Assembly (NCBI GenBank): GCA_951406725.2
Contig: OX597820.1
Coordinates: 13,702,001 to 13,766,000, forward strand
Source of the DNA: Octopus vulgaris
Taxonomy: Eukaryota
Direction of reading: 5' to 3'
DNA length: 64,000 bases
Both the position numbers and the translations under genes were made by a program. A model generated the notes under the pieces. That model made no database searches, was not told the DNA's origin, and saw nothing but the letters and a program-made list of their open reading frames with translations. Of this stretch, positions 26,291 to 40,649 are shown piece by piece; the first letter of the stretch is position 1, and each line of letters opens with the position of its first letter.

Positions 26291-28120
26291 TGCTGTTGTC
26301 GCTGTTGTTATCATCATCATCATCATCATCATAACGTGCATTTGCATAGATCCTCCTCATTTGATGCCAATGTGGCAAATAAAACCATAATTACCATTAT
26401 CATTATTATTGTCATCGTCGTCATCATCATCATCATCATAACATATATTAATTAATGCACATATGCATTCGTTTAATACACATCTGGCATATAATCTGTA
26501 TAATTTTATATTTGTGCATGTATGTATATATGTATGTATGTATGCATGTGTGTGCATGTCCATATGCATGTGCACTGTGCATATGTGCATGTTAATGGGT
26601 GGTGCCCCTGTGCACATATATATACATGCATGTGTGAACGAGTGAGTGCACCTGAGTGTATATGTATAAACATGCACCTACTCCATCCATATTTTATTGA
26701 AATCCAGTTACATGATTACGCATATCTGATATACAATAGGAAAAAAATCTCCTGCACAACCAAGAGTGCATATGCACAACAAGAGTTCACATGCACAACA
26801 AGAGTTCACAGGCAAAAGATTTATTTTTGAACACAAGAAGCCAAAAATAAGAATTATTGAAAAACAGTAAAAAAAAAAATGAAAAATTGATAATAAAAGC
26901 GTTCTTTTCGTTTTCTTTGTTGTTGTTGCTGTTGTTGTTTTAGTGAAGGTGTTTTTGCTTGTTTGTTGGTTGTGTTTTTTTTTCCGTCAATTGACAAGTG
27001 TAAAAAGTAAAATGGTTAGAATTTTGTGAAATGGAAATTAAACAATGTCAAACTGCAGGAATCTAAATAGAGATTTAACTTCCATTGTTCATTCCATTAA
27101 AATATGTCTTGACTTTGTCTCCCTCTTTCTCTTTCTCTCTCTCTCTTTCTCTCTCTCTCTTGCTCTCCTTCTCTCTTCCTTATTCCGTTTTTATGACACA
27201 GATTAATATTAAATATTATATATACTTTATATATATAAATCATGTATATTACACACACATGCACATATACACACATACACACACATATGCAAACATAGAT
27301 ACACACACACACAGAGATATACACAGCCACATGTGTGCGTACACACACACATACACACATGTGCATGTGCACACATGCACACGCACATGCATTCACACAC
27401 ACACACACACACACATAATATCCTTTCTTTACATATCCTTATATTTCTCAAATCTTCTCTTTACAAATCTTTTTGTTCTGCCTTTAATACTCAAGCTGCA
27501 AATCTTTCTCCCCCTTTCATTCTCTTTTCCTCCCTTCCCCCCTCACCGTTTTCTATCTGTCTGTCCCTCTCTCTCCCTCTTCATCCTTTACTCTCCCTCA
27601 TTACTCACACGTGACCATCGTCCATCCTTCCTTTCCTCATGTGATCTTTATTCTTTTCCCTCAATCTCTTGCGCAGTTCGGATGCATTTGTACCTGTTTC
27701 CTCTCTTTTCTCTTATCAAAAAATCTTCTTCAAGCATTTGCCATTTTTACCTCATCTGTGCCTCCTTGTTTGTATTCGTTCGGTTTGGTTTGTTGTATGT
27801 CCTGTTTTTGTTACCAACTCAGACCCTCCACAAATCCCCAATTTTTTATTTTGGTTCGCGGGAGCAACTGCCTTCAAAATCTTATCTTGTTGTTTGAATG
27901 CTCGGAATAAGGAGTAGGACAGCCAACAACTGATGAAGGGTCGTTTTTTATGTTACTTATTTTGTTTTCCATTCGTCTCTCTCATTCTTTGCGTACCCAA
28001 CGTTATTTTCGTATTTCATGTTTGCATTTTGTGCTGTCCTGTACCAATATATGCATAGCTATATACGTATATATACGTATGTAGGTACACGTGTGTCTAT
28101 ATATGAATATATATAATATT

Positions 28121-28160
<40 letters not shown>

Positions 28161-28162
<2 letters not shown>

Positions 28163-28372
28163 GGCGGTTAGCTGGTAGAAACGTTACCATGCCAGGTGAA
28201 ATGCTTAGTGGTATTTCATCTGTCTTTGTGTTCTGAGTTCAAATTCCGCCGACGTCAACTTTGCCTTTCGTCCTTTCAGGATCAATAAATTAAGTACCAG
28301 TTGCATACTGGGGTCAATGTAATTGACTGGCCCCTCCCCAAAAATTTGAGCCTTGAGTCTAGAGTAGAAAAG
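28161..28372 (+). mobile_element. Family D SINE, full length
   Basis: aaggcggttagctggtagaa head, B-box-like gagttcaaattcc, central actttgcctttc.tcctttc.gg.tcaataaattaagtaccag, and tail ...gagtagaaaag. Confidence 0.85.
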
Positions 28373-29140
28373 AAGAAGAATGAGGAGGAGAGGGAAGAGG
28401 AAGGGAGGAGGAGGTGGTGGAGGAGAAAGAGGAGGAGGGGCAAGAAGAAGAATGAGGAGGAGAGAGAGGAGGAAAAGGAAGAGGAGGAGGAGGTGATGGA
28501 GGAGAAAGAGGAGGAGGGGGAAGAAGAAGAATGAGGAGAGAGAGGAGGAAGAGGAAGAGGAGGAGGAGGTGATGGAGGAGAAAGAGGAGGAGGGACAGGG
28601 GTAGGAGGTGGTTTGTCTTTCATTCCACTTTCTGGTATTTCTTTCACTGGGTTCTATTGACATCCAATTTTTCCATGCATTGTTCTTCCTCATTTCGGTC
28701 ACTAATCCCCTTGCTCATCCTTGCAATTTCGTTTCTCTCTCTCTCTCTCTCTCTCTGTTTTGTGTCCCTCTTCCTTCCTTTTTCCAATGCTTCCTTTTCC
28801 TCACTTTCTTTCTACTTTTTTCCTATACTCTCATTCCCATTCTCCTTCCCTCACTTTCTCTCTCCTTCTTTTTCTTTTATTCATTCTGTCACTCTCTCAC
28901 CACTCTCTTTGTCTCTCCCTCTATATATCTATATATCACTCTTTTTGTATTTTCTCATTTTCTCCTTTTCTTCTTTCAACTCCCCTCATCCTCTCCTATA
29001 TGCTCTTTTCTCTTTTTCCCTTCTATATTCTTCTTCTTCCTTTTCTCTTTTCTCCATTTTCTTTCCCTCTTTTTATTCTTGTTTCTCTATCAATCCTTCC
29101 ATTTATCTCTCTTTCTCTCTATCTACCTCTCTATCAATCC

Positions 29141-29178
<38 letters not shown>

Positions 29179-29616
29179 ATATCTATCTATCTATCTATCT
29201 ATCCATCCATCAATCCATCCATCAATCAATCCATCAATCCATCCATCCGTCCATCTATCTATCTGTCTATCTATCAATATATATCCATGTATCTATGCAA
29301 ATTTCTATCTTTCTATCTGTCTGTCTGTCTGTCTATCTATCTATCAATATCTATCTATATATCTATCTACTGATCAATACAATTCTGTCACTATCTATCT
29401 GTTATTCAATTTATATCTAGATACACATGGTGGTGTGGTAAGTAGCTTGCTTCCCAACCACATGGTTCTGCGTTCAGTCTCACTGTGTGGCACCTTGGGC
29501 AAGTGTCTTCTACTATAGCCTCAAGCCTACCAAATCCTTGTGAGTGAATCTGATAGACGGAAACTGAAAAACACCCGTCGGATATATATATATAATACAC
29601 ACACACACATATATAT

Positions 29617-30001
29617 CATCATCATCATCATCATCATCGTTTAGCATCCGTTTTCCATGCTAGCATGGGTTGGACGGTTCTACTGGGGTCTGTGAAGCCA
29701 GAAGGCTTCATCAGGCCCAGTCAAATCTGGCAATGTTTCTACGGCTGGATGCCCTTCCTAACGCCAACCACTCCATGAGTGTAGTGGGTGCTTTTTACGT
29801 GCCACCCGCACAGGTGCCAGACAGAGCTGGCAATCGGCCACGAACGGATGGTGCTTTTTATGTGCCACCGGCACGAGGCCAGTCGGGCGGCGCTGGCAAC
29901 GGTCGCGAAACGGAAGGTTCTCTTACATCCCACCGGCACTGGTAACATCTGCAATTTCCATTGATCGATTTCGATTCTGATCCTCACTTGCCTCAACAGG
30001 T
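29617..30001 (-). mobile_element. Family B SINE-like copy
   Basis: Same block as the 9172 copy, with internal gtgcttttta(c/t)gtgccacc repeats. Confidence 0.8.
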
Positions 30002-30088
<87 letters not shown>

Positions 30089-30232
30089 TCATCATCATCA
30101 TCATTTAGCGTCCGTTTAAATGATGATGATGATTTGTCACCCATATATATATATATATATATATATATAGTATATGTATATATATATGTATATATATGTA
30201 TATATATGTATATATATGTTATATATAAGTAG

Positions 30233-30263
<31 letters not shown>

Positions 30264-30289
30264 GGGTCATATATATATATATATATAGC

Positions 30290-30377
<88 letters not shown>

Positions 30378-30593
30378 GTATAGTGTATTCTTTCTATCCC
30401 AACCCCATTTTCTTCTTCATCTTCTCTTTTTCTTTCCATTATTCTCTTTCCTCTTTTTCCTTTCATTTCTTCTCTTTTTCCACCCCTTTTCATTTTCCTT
30501 CATCTCATACACACTCCCTCTCTTTCCCACCCCTGTTCTCTTTCCCCACTTGCCTGCCAAAAATGAAGCAAATTAATGCCCCACCACCACCCT

Positions 30594-30642
<49 letters not shown>

Positions 30643-30826
30643 TTGTGTCCAGTTAGCAGAGACATCATCTGTCAGGGATGAAGAGATGGCATTAACCAAG
30701 ACAAGAGAAGCTGGAAGCAGAAACACACCAACAAAAACAACAACAACATTGACAAGACAACCTGCTAGAAAAACAACAATATGTACATACACATATACAT
30801 TTATATATATGTATGCATATACATAC

Positions 30827-30883
<57 letters not shown>

Positions 30884-30943
30884 GATAGATAGATAGATAG
30901 ATATAGATAGATTAACGAGGTAGATAGAGATAGATAGGTAGGC

Positions 30944-30982
<39 letters not shown>

Positions 30983-31142
30983 CAGAGAGACAGAAATAGA
31001 TAGTGAGATATAGATAGATAGAGAGAGAGAGAGAGAGAAAGAGACAGACAGAAAAACAGACAGAGATAGATAGATAGATAGATAGATACACATCCACGTA
31101 GGTAGGCCCTTTATAGAAATGCATGCATTTATATATATATAG

Positions 31143-31482
31143 TGAAGGCACATGGCTCAGTGGTTTAGAGCGTCAACTTACGATCGTGAGGTTGTGAGTT
31201 CGAATCCTGGACCAGGCTGTGTGTTGTGTTCTTGAGCAAGACACTTTATTTCATGTTGCTCCACTTCACTCAGCTGTAGAAATGAGTTACGACATCACAG
31301 GAGCCAAGCTGTATCGGCCCCTTTGCCTTTCCCTTGGATAACATCAGTGGTGTGGAGAGGGGAGGCTGGTATGCATGGGCGACTGCCGGTCTTTCATAGA
31401 CAACCTTGCCCGGACTTGTGCCTGGGAGGGTAACTTTCTAGGTGCAATCCCATGGTCAGTCATGACCAAAGAGGGTCTCAGC
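31143..31482 (+). mobile_element. tRNA-derived SINE (family C)
   Basis: A box tggctcagtgg and B box gagttcgaatcc, then gttgtgttcttgagcaagacact...cactcagctg. Confidence 0.85.
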
Positions 31483-32219
31483 TTATACATATATATATAT
31501 TCTTGAATTTGTTTCAGTCATTTGACTGTGGCCATGCTGGTGCACTGCCTTTAGTCAAACAAATCGACCCGAGGACTTATTCTTTGTAAGCCTAGTACTT
31601 ATTCTATTGGTTACTTTTGCCAAACTGCTAAGTTACGGGGGATGTAAACTGCTAAGTTACATCAGTTGTCAAGTGATGGTGGGGGGACAAACACAGACAT
31701 ACAAACATATACATTTACATATATATACGACGGGCTTCTTTCAGTTTCCATCTACCACATCCACTTACAAGGCTTTGGTCAGCCCGAGGCTGCAGCAGAA
31801 GACACTTGGCCAAGGTGCCATGCAATGGGACTGAACCCGGAACCATGTGTTTGGTAAGCAAGCAATTTATATATAGATATATATATAAACAATGATAAAT
31901 TTGTAAAAATACGTGCATCTGTGTATAAGAATGTAGGTATGTATATGCTTGTATACATGTGTGTATATATGTGTGTGTGTATGTATGTATATATGTTTGT
32001 TTATAAATATGTGTATGTGTACGTATATATGTTTTTGTGTATATATTTATGTATATAAATATATATGTATATGTGTACTTAAATTTATATACAACTGTAT
32101 ATATGTATGTATGTATATGTATATATGCATGTATATGCATATATATGTATACATATATATATAAATATATATGTATATATATGTGCATGCCTGTGTGTGC
32201 ATATACACGTATACATACA

Positions 32220-32630
32220 CTTATGTATGTATGTATGTATGTATGTATGTATGTATATATGCATGTGTATGTATATGTATATATGTATTATATATGTATC
32301 TATGTATATATGTATAGATGTATCTATCTATGTATATATGTATGTATGTGTATGCATATGTATATGTGTGTATATATATGTATGTGTATATATATGTATG
32401 TATATATATGGGTGTATGTATATGTATGTATGCATCTGTATGTATATGTATGTATATATGTATATATGTATGTTCATGTATGTATGTATGTATGTATGTA
32501 TGTATGTATGTGTGTATGTGTGTACGTATGTATGTATGTATGTATGTATGTTCATGTATGAATGTATGTATGTATGTATGTATGTATATATGTGTGTGTG
32601 TATGTATGTATGTATGTATGTATGTATGTA

Positions 32631-32665
<35 letters not shown>

Positions 32666-32698
32666 ATGTATGTATGTATGTATGTATGTATGTATGTA

Positions 32699-32729
<31 letters not shown>

Positions 32730-32759
32730 TATGTATGTATGTATGTATGTATGTATGTA

Positions 32760-32790
<31 letters not shown>

Positions 32791-33045
32791 ATGTATGTGT
32801 GTGTGTATGTATGTATGTATGTATGTATGTATGTATGTATATATGTGTGTGTGTATGTATGTATGTATGTATGTGTGTGTGTATGTATGTATGTATGTAT
32901 GTATGTATGTATGTATGTATATATGTGTGTGTGTATGTATGTATGTATGTATGTATGTGTGTGTGTATGTATGTATGTATGTATGTGTGTATGTATGTAT
33001 GTATGTATGTATGTATGTATGTATGTTCATGTATGAATGTATGTA
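32220..33045. repeat. (TATG)n/(TG)n compound microsatellite
   Basis: Seen directly. A similar block lies at 49022-49780. Confidence 0.95.
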
Positions 33046-33700
33046 TAGACGTGTGTGTGTATGACAGTAGACAAGCAACAAGCCAAAGATAGTGACAACA
33101 AAACAGAAGCCATCCAGTTCTTATACTTGCAGCCATCTCCCAAGATTAGACTCAAAGATAAAAGGATTCCCTCACAAACAGACGAGGTTTGATTCCAATT
33201 CTTTCACTTCTGGTTGTTGTTGTTGTTGACATTGTATATATTGTTATTGTTGCTGCTGCTGCACTTCGTTTTGTTTGGGTTGTACTTGTTGTTGTAATTG
33301 TTGTTAATGCCACTGTGACTGCAGCAAATGGAAGAGGTGGATGAAAAATACTAATGTTGACACTATATATGTTGTTATTGTTGCTGTTGCTGTTGTTGTT
33401 GTTTAACTCCAGGCCAGCTGTGCTCTAATCAAGTTGACCTATGACCAAAGACATTCGTTCCACAATCATTCGGTCGTTTTAGTATAACGAACGACACATT
33501 ATCTGATTAGTCCACCATTTCCTGGTCTGCTGTTCTGTTTTTCATTTTTTTTTTTTGGTTCTTTTTTTTTGGTTTTGCTTAAGATGGTAGAATATGACTT
33601 CAATGAGATTTGCCTGCTATTTCTAGCAAGACAGGTGACCACATACATGGTCCTCTGTTGGCTTGTCCCTGTCTGTTATTTCTGTTGTTTTCATCATCAA

Positions 33701-33741
<41 letters not shown>

Positions 33742-33888
33742 ACATCAGCAGCATCACCCTCATCATCATCATCATCATCATTATCTAAAGTCTGCTTTTC
33801 CATGCTAGCATGGGTTGGATGGTTTGACTGGAGGTTGATAAGCTGGAGAGCTGCACCAGGCTCCAACAGTCTGCTTTGGCACGGTTTG

Positions 33889-34155
33889 TGGAGGCACGTG
33901 GCTTAGTGGTTAGGGATGTTGGACTCATGACCGTAAGATTGTGGTTTCAATTCCTGAACCAGGCAACACATTGTGTTCTTGAGCAAAACACTTCAGTTCA
34001 CATTGCTCCAGTCCACTCAGCTAGCAAAAATGAGTAATCCTGCGACTGACCAGCATCCAGTCCAGGTGGGGAATATTATAAATGCCATGGAAACCGGGAT
34101 ACTGGCCCTTATGAGTCTGTATGACTCAAAAATGTAACTTTACTTTTACGTTTTC
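33889..34155 (+). mobile_element. Family C SINE inserted into a family B copy
   Basis: Head ggaggcacgtggcttagtggttaggg. Imperfect target-site duplication ttggcacggttt (33876-33887)/ttagcatggttt (34156-34167). Confidence 0.8.
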
Positions 34156-34560
34156 TTAGCATGGTTTCTACGGTTGAACACCATTCCTGATGCCAACCAC
34201 TTTACAAAGTGTACTGAGTGGTTTCTATGTGGCACCAGCATCAGTGCCTTTTATGTGGCACTGAAATTGAAATCGCAATCAAATTCGATGACTGGCACCC
34301 GTGCAAGTGGAGCACTAAGAGCACCATTCGAGTGTGATCGTTCCCAGAGCAGCTGACTGGCTTCTGTGCCAGTGGCACGTAAAAACCACCATTCAAGCGT
34401 GATCGTAACCAGCGTCGCCTTACTGGCACTTGTGCTGGTGGCACATGAAAAAACATTCTAGCAAGGCCATTGCCAGTCCCGCAGGACTGGCTCCTGTGCA
34501 GCTGGCACGTAAAAAACACCATTTGAGTGTGACCATTGCCAGTACATATATATATACATT

Positions 34561-35176
34561 CGAGGGAGTCCTGAAAAGTTTCTGCCTTGTTTTAAGGGTA
34601 TGGCGAAAAGCCTGGTTAGAGGCCCAACCTTCTGAGTATTTTTACAGGGCTTAGAAAAACTGAAGGATCACTGCAATAATTGTATAAATCTGATCAGGGA
34701 ATATGTCGAATGGATGGAAGCACTCCGTCGGTTACGATGACGAGGGTTCCGGTTGATCCGATCAACGGAACAGCCTGCTCGTGAAATTAACGTGTAACTA
34801 GCTGAGCACTCCACAGACACGTGTACCCTTAACGCAGTTCTCGGGGATATTCAGCGTAACACAGAGAGTGACAAGGCCGGCCCTTTGAAATACAGGTACA
34901 ACAGAAACAGGAAGAGTGAGAGAAAGTTGTGGTGAAAGAGTACAGCGGGGATCACCACCATCCCTGCTGGAGCCTCGTGGAGCTTTAGGTGTTTTCACTC
35001 AATAAACACTCACAACACCCAGTCTGGGAATCGAAACCGCAATCCTACGACCGCGAGTCCACTGCCCTAACCACTGGGCCATTGCGCCTCCTAATATGTT
35101 GAATAATATCATAATCAAATGATCTTCCTGTATTTTCTTTTACGCAAACCCAGGAACCTTTCGACACCTCCCTGTA
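34561..35176 (+). mobile_element. Internally deleted mariner element split by a SINE
   Basis: Imperfect TIRs cgagggagtcctgaaaagtttctg / caggaacctttcgacacctccctg-ta. Residual transposase C-terminus KAWLEAQPSEYF/QGLEKLKDHCNNCINL..EYVE. Confidence 0.65.
34712..35091 (-). mobile_element. Full-length tRNA-derived SINE with 12-bp target-site duplication
   Basis: Reverse-complement head GGAGGCGCAATGGCCCAGTGG...GGTTTCGATTCC. TSD aatatgtcgaat (34700-34711)/aatatgttgaat (35093-35104). An older tail fragment lies at 62581-62682. Confidence 0.9.
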
Positions 35177-35740
35177 TATGAACCAGCAACATACACAGGA
35201 GGGTATTTGATTCACTTGACAATACTATATCCCGACCACCACCATGACCACCACCACTACCACCCCTTAGATACAGCTAATGCCTTGTCCAAAATAATCA
35301 ATAACATTTTCGTGCTTTAAGAGGGTTCTTCGTTGATGCTCCGAGGCTGCAAATAAATACAATATTTGTATAACTTCCATAAAAACAGCCTGGCTCCATC
35401 CTTTTATAAAAATTTCATATTCCCACCTGGAATTGGATTTCTGCAGCAACTTTTGTTGTTGCTGCAGATGTTGTTGTTGTTGTTGTTGCTGTTGTTATTG
35501 TTGTGCCTCTTATTGTCGTCCGTGTTGCTCTTTCTGTTTTACAGAATAGACAAATATGCAATGTTAAAATGCAAATGCCTCCTGCTACCGTGTAGCACCT
35601 TGAGCAAGTATATCTTCTACTATAACTCCAGGCTGATAAATGCCTTGTGAGAGGATTTAGTACATGGAAACTGTGCGGAAGCCAGTCATATACACATGTG
35701 TGTGTGTATGTGTGCATGTGTGCGTGCATCATCATCTGTA

Positions 35741-35774
<34 letters not shown>

Positions 35775-35821
35775 GTTCATTATCATCATTATCATCACCA
35801 TCACCATCATCATCATTATTA

Positions 35822-36142
35822 TTTTATGTTTGACTTTTGCTTTGTATTTGTACAAGTTGACTCCAAGTCTCACCCAGAGACCTCAAGAGACAACAAGTTA
35901 GAAGTTCATGTTGGTGTTATGCCTAGGGTGTCATATATTTGGTTTTGCACTTAGAGTGTTGTTCTAGAGAATGTTTAAGAAACCATAAGAAAATTATGAG
36001 TTTGTTTTAAAATTTGAGATTACATAGAAAGTAGTTTGCATAGGATATGCGCAGTTCCCATGAGCACTATCTTTTGAATTTCTGCCATTTTGGGGTTTCC
36101 TGGTATCTGAGTTAGGTTGCAATCAGCCCCTTTTGCTATCAT
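35822..36142 (-). mobile_element. R4/Dong-like LINE 3' end (second subfamily)
   Basis: Reverse complement reads MIAKGADCNLTQIPGNPKMAEIQKIVLMGTAHILCKLLSM* followed by a 3'UTR. Embedded in TTA/ATC repeats. Confidence 0.75.
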
Positions 36143-36151
36143 CATCAATCT

Positions 36152-36189
<38 letters not shown>

Positions 36190-36205
36190 TATCATTATTA
36201 TTATC

Positions 36206-36240
<35 letters not shown>

Positions 36241-36490
36241 TATTATTATTACTATTATTATTATTATTATTATTATTATGGCAGCAAGCTGGTAGAATCA
36301 TTAACACACTGGATAAAATGCGTAGTGGTATGTCGCCCATCGCTACATTCTGAGTTCAAATTCCACCGAGGTCAACTTTGCTTTTCATCCTTTCGGGGGC
36401 AATAAATTAAGTACCAATGAAATGCTAGGGTCAGTGTAACCGACTCATTCCCTTCTCCAAAATGGCTGCCCTAGTGGCAAAATTGGAAAC

Positions 36491-36538
<48 letters not shown>

Positions 36539-36987
36539 GTGGCAAAAGTGTCAGCACACTGGGCAGAATGCTTAGCAGCGTTCCATCCAACTTTATGCTC
36601 TGAGTTCAAACTCCACCAAGGTCAACTTTGCCTTTCATCCTTTCCAGGATGATAAAATAAGTTGGGTACTAGGGGGTCGATGTAATCGACTATACCCCTC
36701 CCCAAAACATTTCAGGCTTTGTGCCTTTAATATAAAGGATTGCTTATAGTCTTATCTCCTTCAAGTTCCACTGTTAAAAACGATTTATTTCACATCTCTC
36801 AAAGTTTCTATATTCTTACAGTGTCAACAACTTGCTGAGTAGCCATTACTGGAAAAAGTCTTTTAATCCTGGCCATCTTTTGTTGGTAGGAATCTGGGTC
36901 ACCACTTATGAGTTCCATTCAATGTTGTGGACCATGGACGATCCTTTTTATTTTTCCATGCTGTATTCAAGGTAATCCGTCAGATCA

Positions 36988-37139
36988 GGGATCTTGTCAC
37001 AGGCTGATGGGATCTGCGTCATAGGCTGATGGGACTTACATCACAGGCTGATGGGACTCATCACAGGCTGATGGCACCTGCATCATAGGCAGATAGGTCC
37101 AGGGATCTGGGGATCTCACTACAGGCTGATGGGACCTGC
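36988..37139. repeat. ~22-bp minisatellite, about 6 diverged units
   Basis: Repeated core tca(c/t)aggctgatgg. Confidence 0.85.
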
Positions 37140-37499
37140 TACTGGTACCATGAAAACCAATACTTGTTTTATAGTCAAGCGGTCAGCTTATTCACTTGAG
37201 TAGCTGGCTATTCTTCAGAGGAAAATGCTTGGACACCCAGCAGCACTAAAAACAACACTTGTCGAAGGACAGATGAGCTCCTTGTGGGCCAACAGACATT
37301 CAGTTGGGGAAGGTATAGGCAAAGCACCTTTCTGCCAAGAAAGCACTAAGAGAAAATCAGAATGAAGTAACGCTTTGGCTTCTTCTGATGGAAGAACTCA
37401 CACTTAACCAAGAAGACTTTCATTGTAGTCTTATTAATATGTTGCAAAAAGCATGCGATACACAATGACAATAGAAGGTAGGAATTAAAATTCACACAT

Positions 37500-38100
37500 A
37501 TGAGACCATAACCCGTGGCCTCTGCCAGTGGGTGTAACCAGCCCACTTATGAGCACCCCTCATTCATTGAACAATAAACTTTGCTTGCAAAGACCTGCTG
37601 AGGCAACTGAAATCAAAATCAAAATCGCTGATGTGGCTGATAACAGTACCGCCTGATTGGCACTCATGCCAGTGAAACATTAAAAGCACCATCCGAGCAT
37701 GATTGTTGCCAGGGTCTTTGATTGGCTCCCATGCCGGTGGCAAGTAAAAAGCACTATTTGAGCGTGATCGTAGCCAACATTACCTTACTGGCACATGTAA
37801 AACAGCATTCAAGCATGGTTGTTGCCAGTGCCGCCAAACTGGCTCCCGTGCAGGTAGCACGTAAAAACCACCTCTTGAGCATGGTCATTGCCAGAACCGA
37901 CTGACTGGCCCTCGTGCTGGTGGCACATAAAAGCACCCACTACACTCTCAGAGTGGTTGGCATTAGGAAGGGCAACCACCTGTAGAAACTTCACCAGATC
38001 AGATTGGAGCTTGGTGCAGCCTTCTGGCTCGCCAGTCCTCAGTCAAACCATCCAACCCATGCCAGCATGGAAAGCAGACATTAAACGACGATGATGATGA
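37500..38100 (+). mobile_element. Longest family B copy, with ~60-bp internal tandem units and (GAT)n tail
   Basis: Units ggcacgtaaaaa(g/c)cac...gagc(a/g)tg(a/g)tc. Ends cagacattaaacgacgatgatgatg. Confidence 0.8.
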
Positions 38101-38129
38101 CATTGTCTGATGAATGGGAGCTAACAACA

Positions 38130-38440
38130 TATATGACAGTTGCGAATCTTTTCCCTTTTCAGTCGTGAACTAAGCTGGTGATTCTATTAACCATAGTCCA
38201 GTAGCTGCTCTTCTTCCTACTAAAATCAATATATGACATTTTCGTCTACTTATCTCAGCCAAATGGTAGGCTTAAATGGTGTTATTCCTAAAGCTATTTC
38301 CTCAGAATATTTTCCATAGACGTTTGCCGTCAACAGGGACAGCTGGGAATCGATAATGGTCAAACCTCTCTCTTGGAATTATGTTGTTTATACAAAGAGT
38401 CGATATTTCATTTGGGTTATCTACCAGAATAGCATTCTTC
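38130..38440 (-). mobile_element. Penelope-like element reverse transcriptase remnant (pseudogenised)
   Basis: Reverse complement reads DSQLSLLTANVYGKYSEEIALGITPFKPTIWLR*VDENV...*FTTEKGKDSQLSY. This fits the PLE pattern GSPLSP.LAN.YM..FE..AL.....P..W.RYVDD...FT.E.E....L.FLD. Confidence 0.75.
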
Positions 38441-38584
38441 AGGAACTGGTTATATATTCAGTCGGGCCAGAGCTATAGCAGAAGACACGTGCCTCAAGCG
38501 CTGCACAATGGAGCTGAACCCAAAACCACAGGGTTACTAAGAAAACTTCTTAACCACACAGCCATATATATATTTTTTTTATTC

Positions 38585-38776
38585 TTTTATTCTTTTACTT
38601 GTTCCAGTCATTTGACTGCAGACATGCTGGAAACATCTTTAGTTGAAGAAATCAACTCCAAGACTTATTCTTTGTAAACCTAGTACTTATTCTATCGGTC
38701 ACTTTTCACGAACCGCTAAGTTACAGGGATGTAAACACACCAGCATCAGTTATCAAGCAATGGTTGGTGGGGGAAA

Positions 38777-38815
<39 letters not shown>

Positions 38816-39192
38816 CAATTAATAAGAAAAAAGGAAAAGGAAAAACAACAACGCAAGGACAAAGCACATTCAAAGTATTAATAAGATGCTCAGAGAAGGA
38901 AAAGAGTGGTTGTTTTATATTTTGAGCAAAGTTCTTCATCAGAAATAGGAGACAGAGAAGAGTCCAAGAGAAAAATAGACAGAGGAAAAAAGTCACTAAC
39001 AATTCACATTTTGGAATCATATATGTATATGACGGGCTTCTTTCAGTTTCTGACACCAAATCCACTCACAATGCTTTAGACAGCCCAAGGATATAGTAGG
39101 AGGCAACTGCCCATGGTGCTGTACATTGGAACTGAACCCAGAACCATGTGGTTGGTAAGTAAGCTTCTTACACCACATCCACTACTGCACCT
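38585..39192 (-). mobile_element. Family A SINE whose internal microsatellite hosts a Penelope-like fragment (about 38820-39018)
   Basis: SINE tail 38585-38775 and head 39030-39192. The insert has decayed CTGATGA-agaac-ttt-gctc-aaaatata on the minus strand (38912-38946). A related fragment lies at 63423-63575. Confidence 0.7.
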
Positions 39193-39248
39193 GTAGATAT
39201 ATACATATATATGTATATATATGTATATGCACATATATATGTATATGC

Positions 39249-39293
<45 letters not shown>

Positions 39294-39800
39294 TATATAT
39301 ATGCATATATATGCATATATATGTATCTATATACATATATATATATGCATATATATGCATATATATGTATCTATATACATATATATATATGCATACATAT
39401 CGAAATCGAAATCGGAATTGGAATCGAAATTGAACCAATCCTATGACTGGCACCCGGCAGATGCCAGGACCCCTGGAGTGGTGGTACGTAAAAAGCACTA
39501 TCCGAATTGTGGCCAATGCCAGCGCTGCCTCGACTGGCTTCCGTGCCGGTGGCACGTAAAATGCACCAATCCGACCGTGGCTGTTGCCAGCCTCGCCTGG
39601 CACCTGCACAGGTGGCACATAAAAAGCACCCACTACACTCACGGAGTGGTTGGCGTTAGGAAGGGCATCCAGCTGTAGAAACATTGCCAGATCAAGACTG
39701 GAGCCTGGTGCAGCCTTCTGGCTTCCCAGACCCCAGTTGAACCGTCCAACCCATGCTAGCATGGAGAATGGACGTTAAACGATGATGATGATGATGATGA

Positions 39801-39912
<112 letters not shown>

Positions 39913-40611
39913 AAATATTTTCAATTGCAAGTGCAACACATTTTTGGTGCCATACATTTTGTTGTTGTTGTTGTTGTTAACTGTTCTTTTTTCTGTGTTC
40001 TCCACAAAATTTAGCCTATCTTCAACATGCATCATTGTCTCTTAAAACTTCCATCCACCTCTCTCCTTCATCACCCATTACCTCCATCAACACCACCACC
40101 ACCACCACCACCACCATCACCACAATCACCATCACCGACAACAGCCATACACCTTTTGCAGTCTTCCCTGTACCTCACCTGGCCTCCCTACCCACCCACC
40201 CCGTACACCTATCATATATGGTGTGGTGTCGTGTTCCCTTCAATAACCCTTTGCACCTTTTACACTCCACCCTCTCCCTCCCTTCTACCTCCACCATCAT
40301 TGTATATCTTCTTCCTCTCCACACAGCCATACTCTCTCTGTCTCTCTCTCTCAACCATACACGTACATGTATGCATACACACACACACACACTCTCTCTC
40401 TCTCAGCCTCCCTCTCTTTCTCTCTGCACAACTACACACACACACATGCATGCTATCTCTCTCTCCTCTTCTTTCTCTCTCTCTCTCCTTCACTCCATAC
40501 ACATACACACATGTAGCACACACACACACATACATGTAGCACACACACACACACACACATGTAGCACACACACACACATGCATACTCTCTCTCTCCCTCT
40601 CTCCTTCACTC

Positions 40612-40649
<38 letters not shown>

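Noticed and set aside
27930-27945. CTGATGA hammerhead core (also at 8451 and 38108)
   Set aside because: No stem II followed by GAAA at the proper distance.
37505-37610. HDV-like ribozyme at the 5' end of the long family B copy
   Set aside because: Small hairpins exist, but I could not build the nested double pseudoknot by eye.
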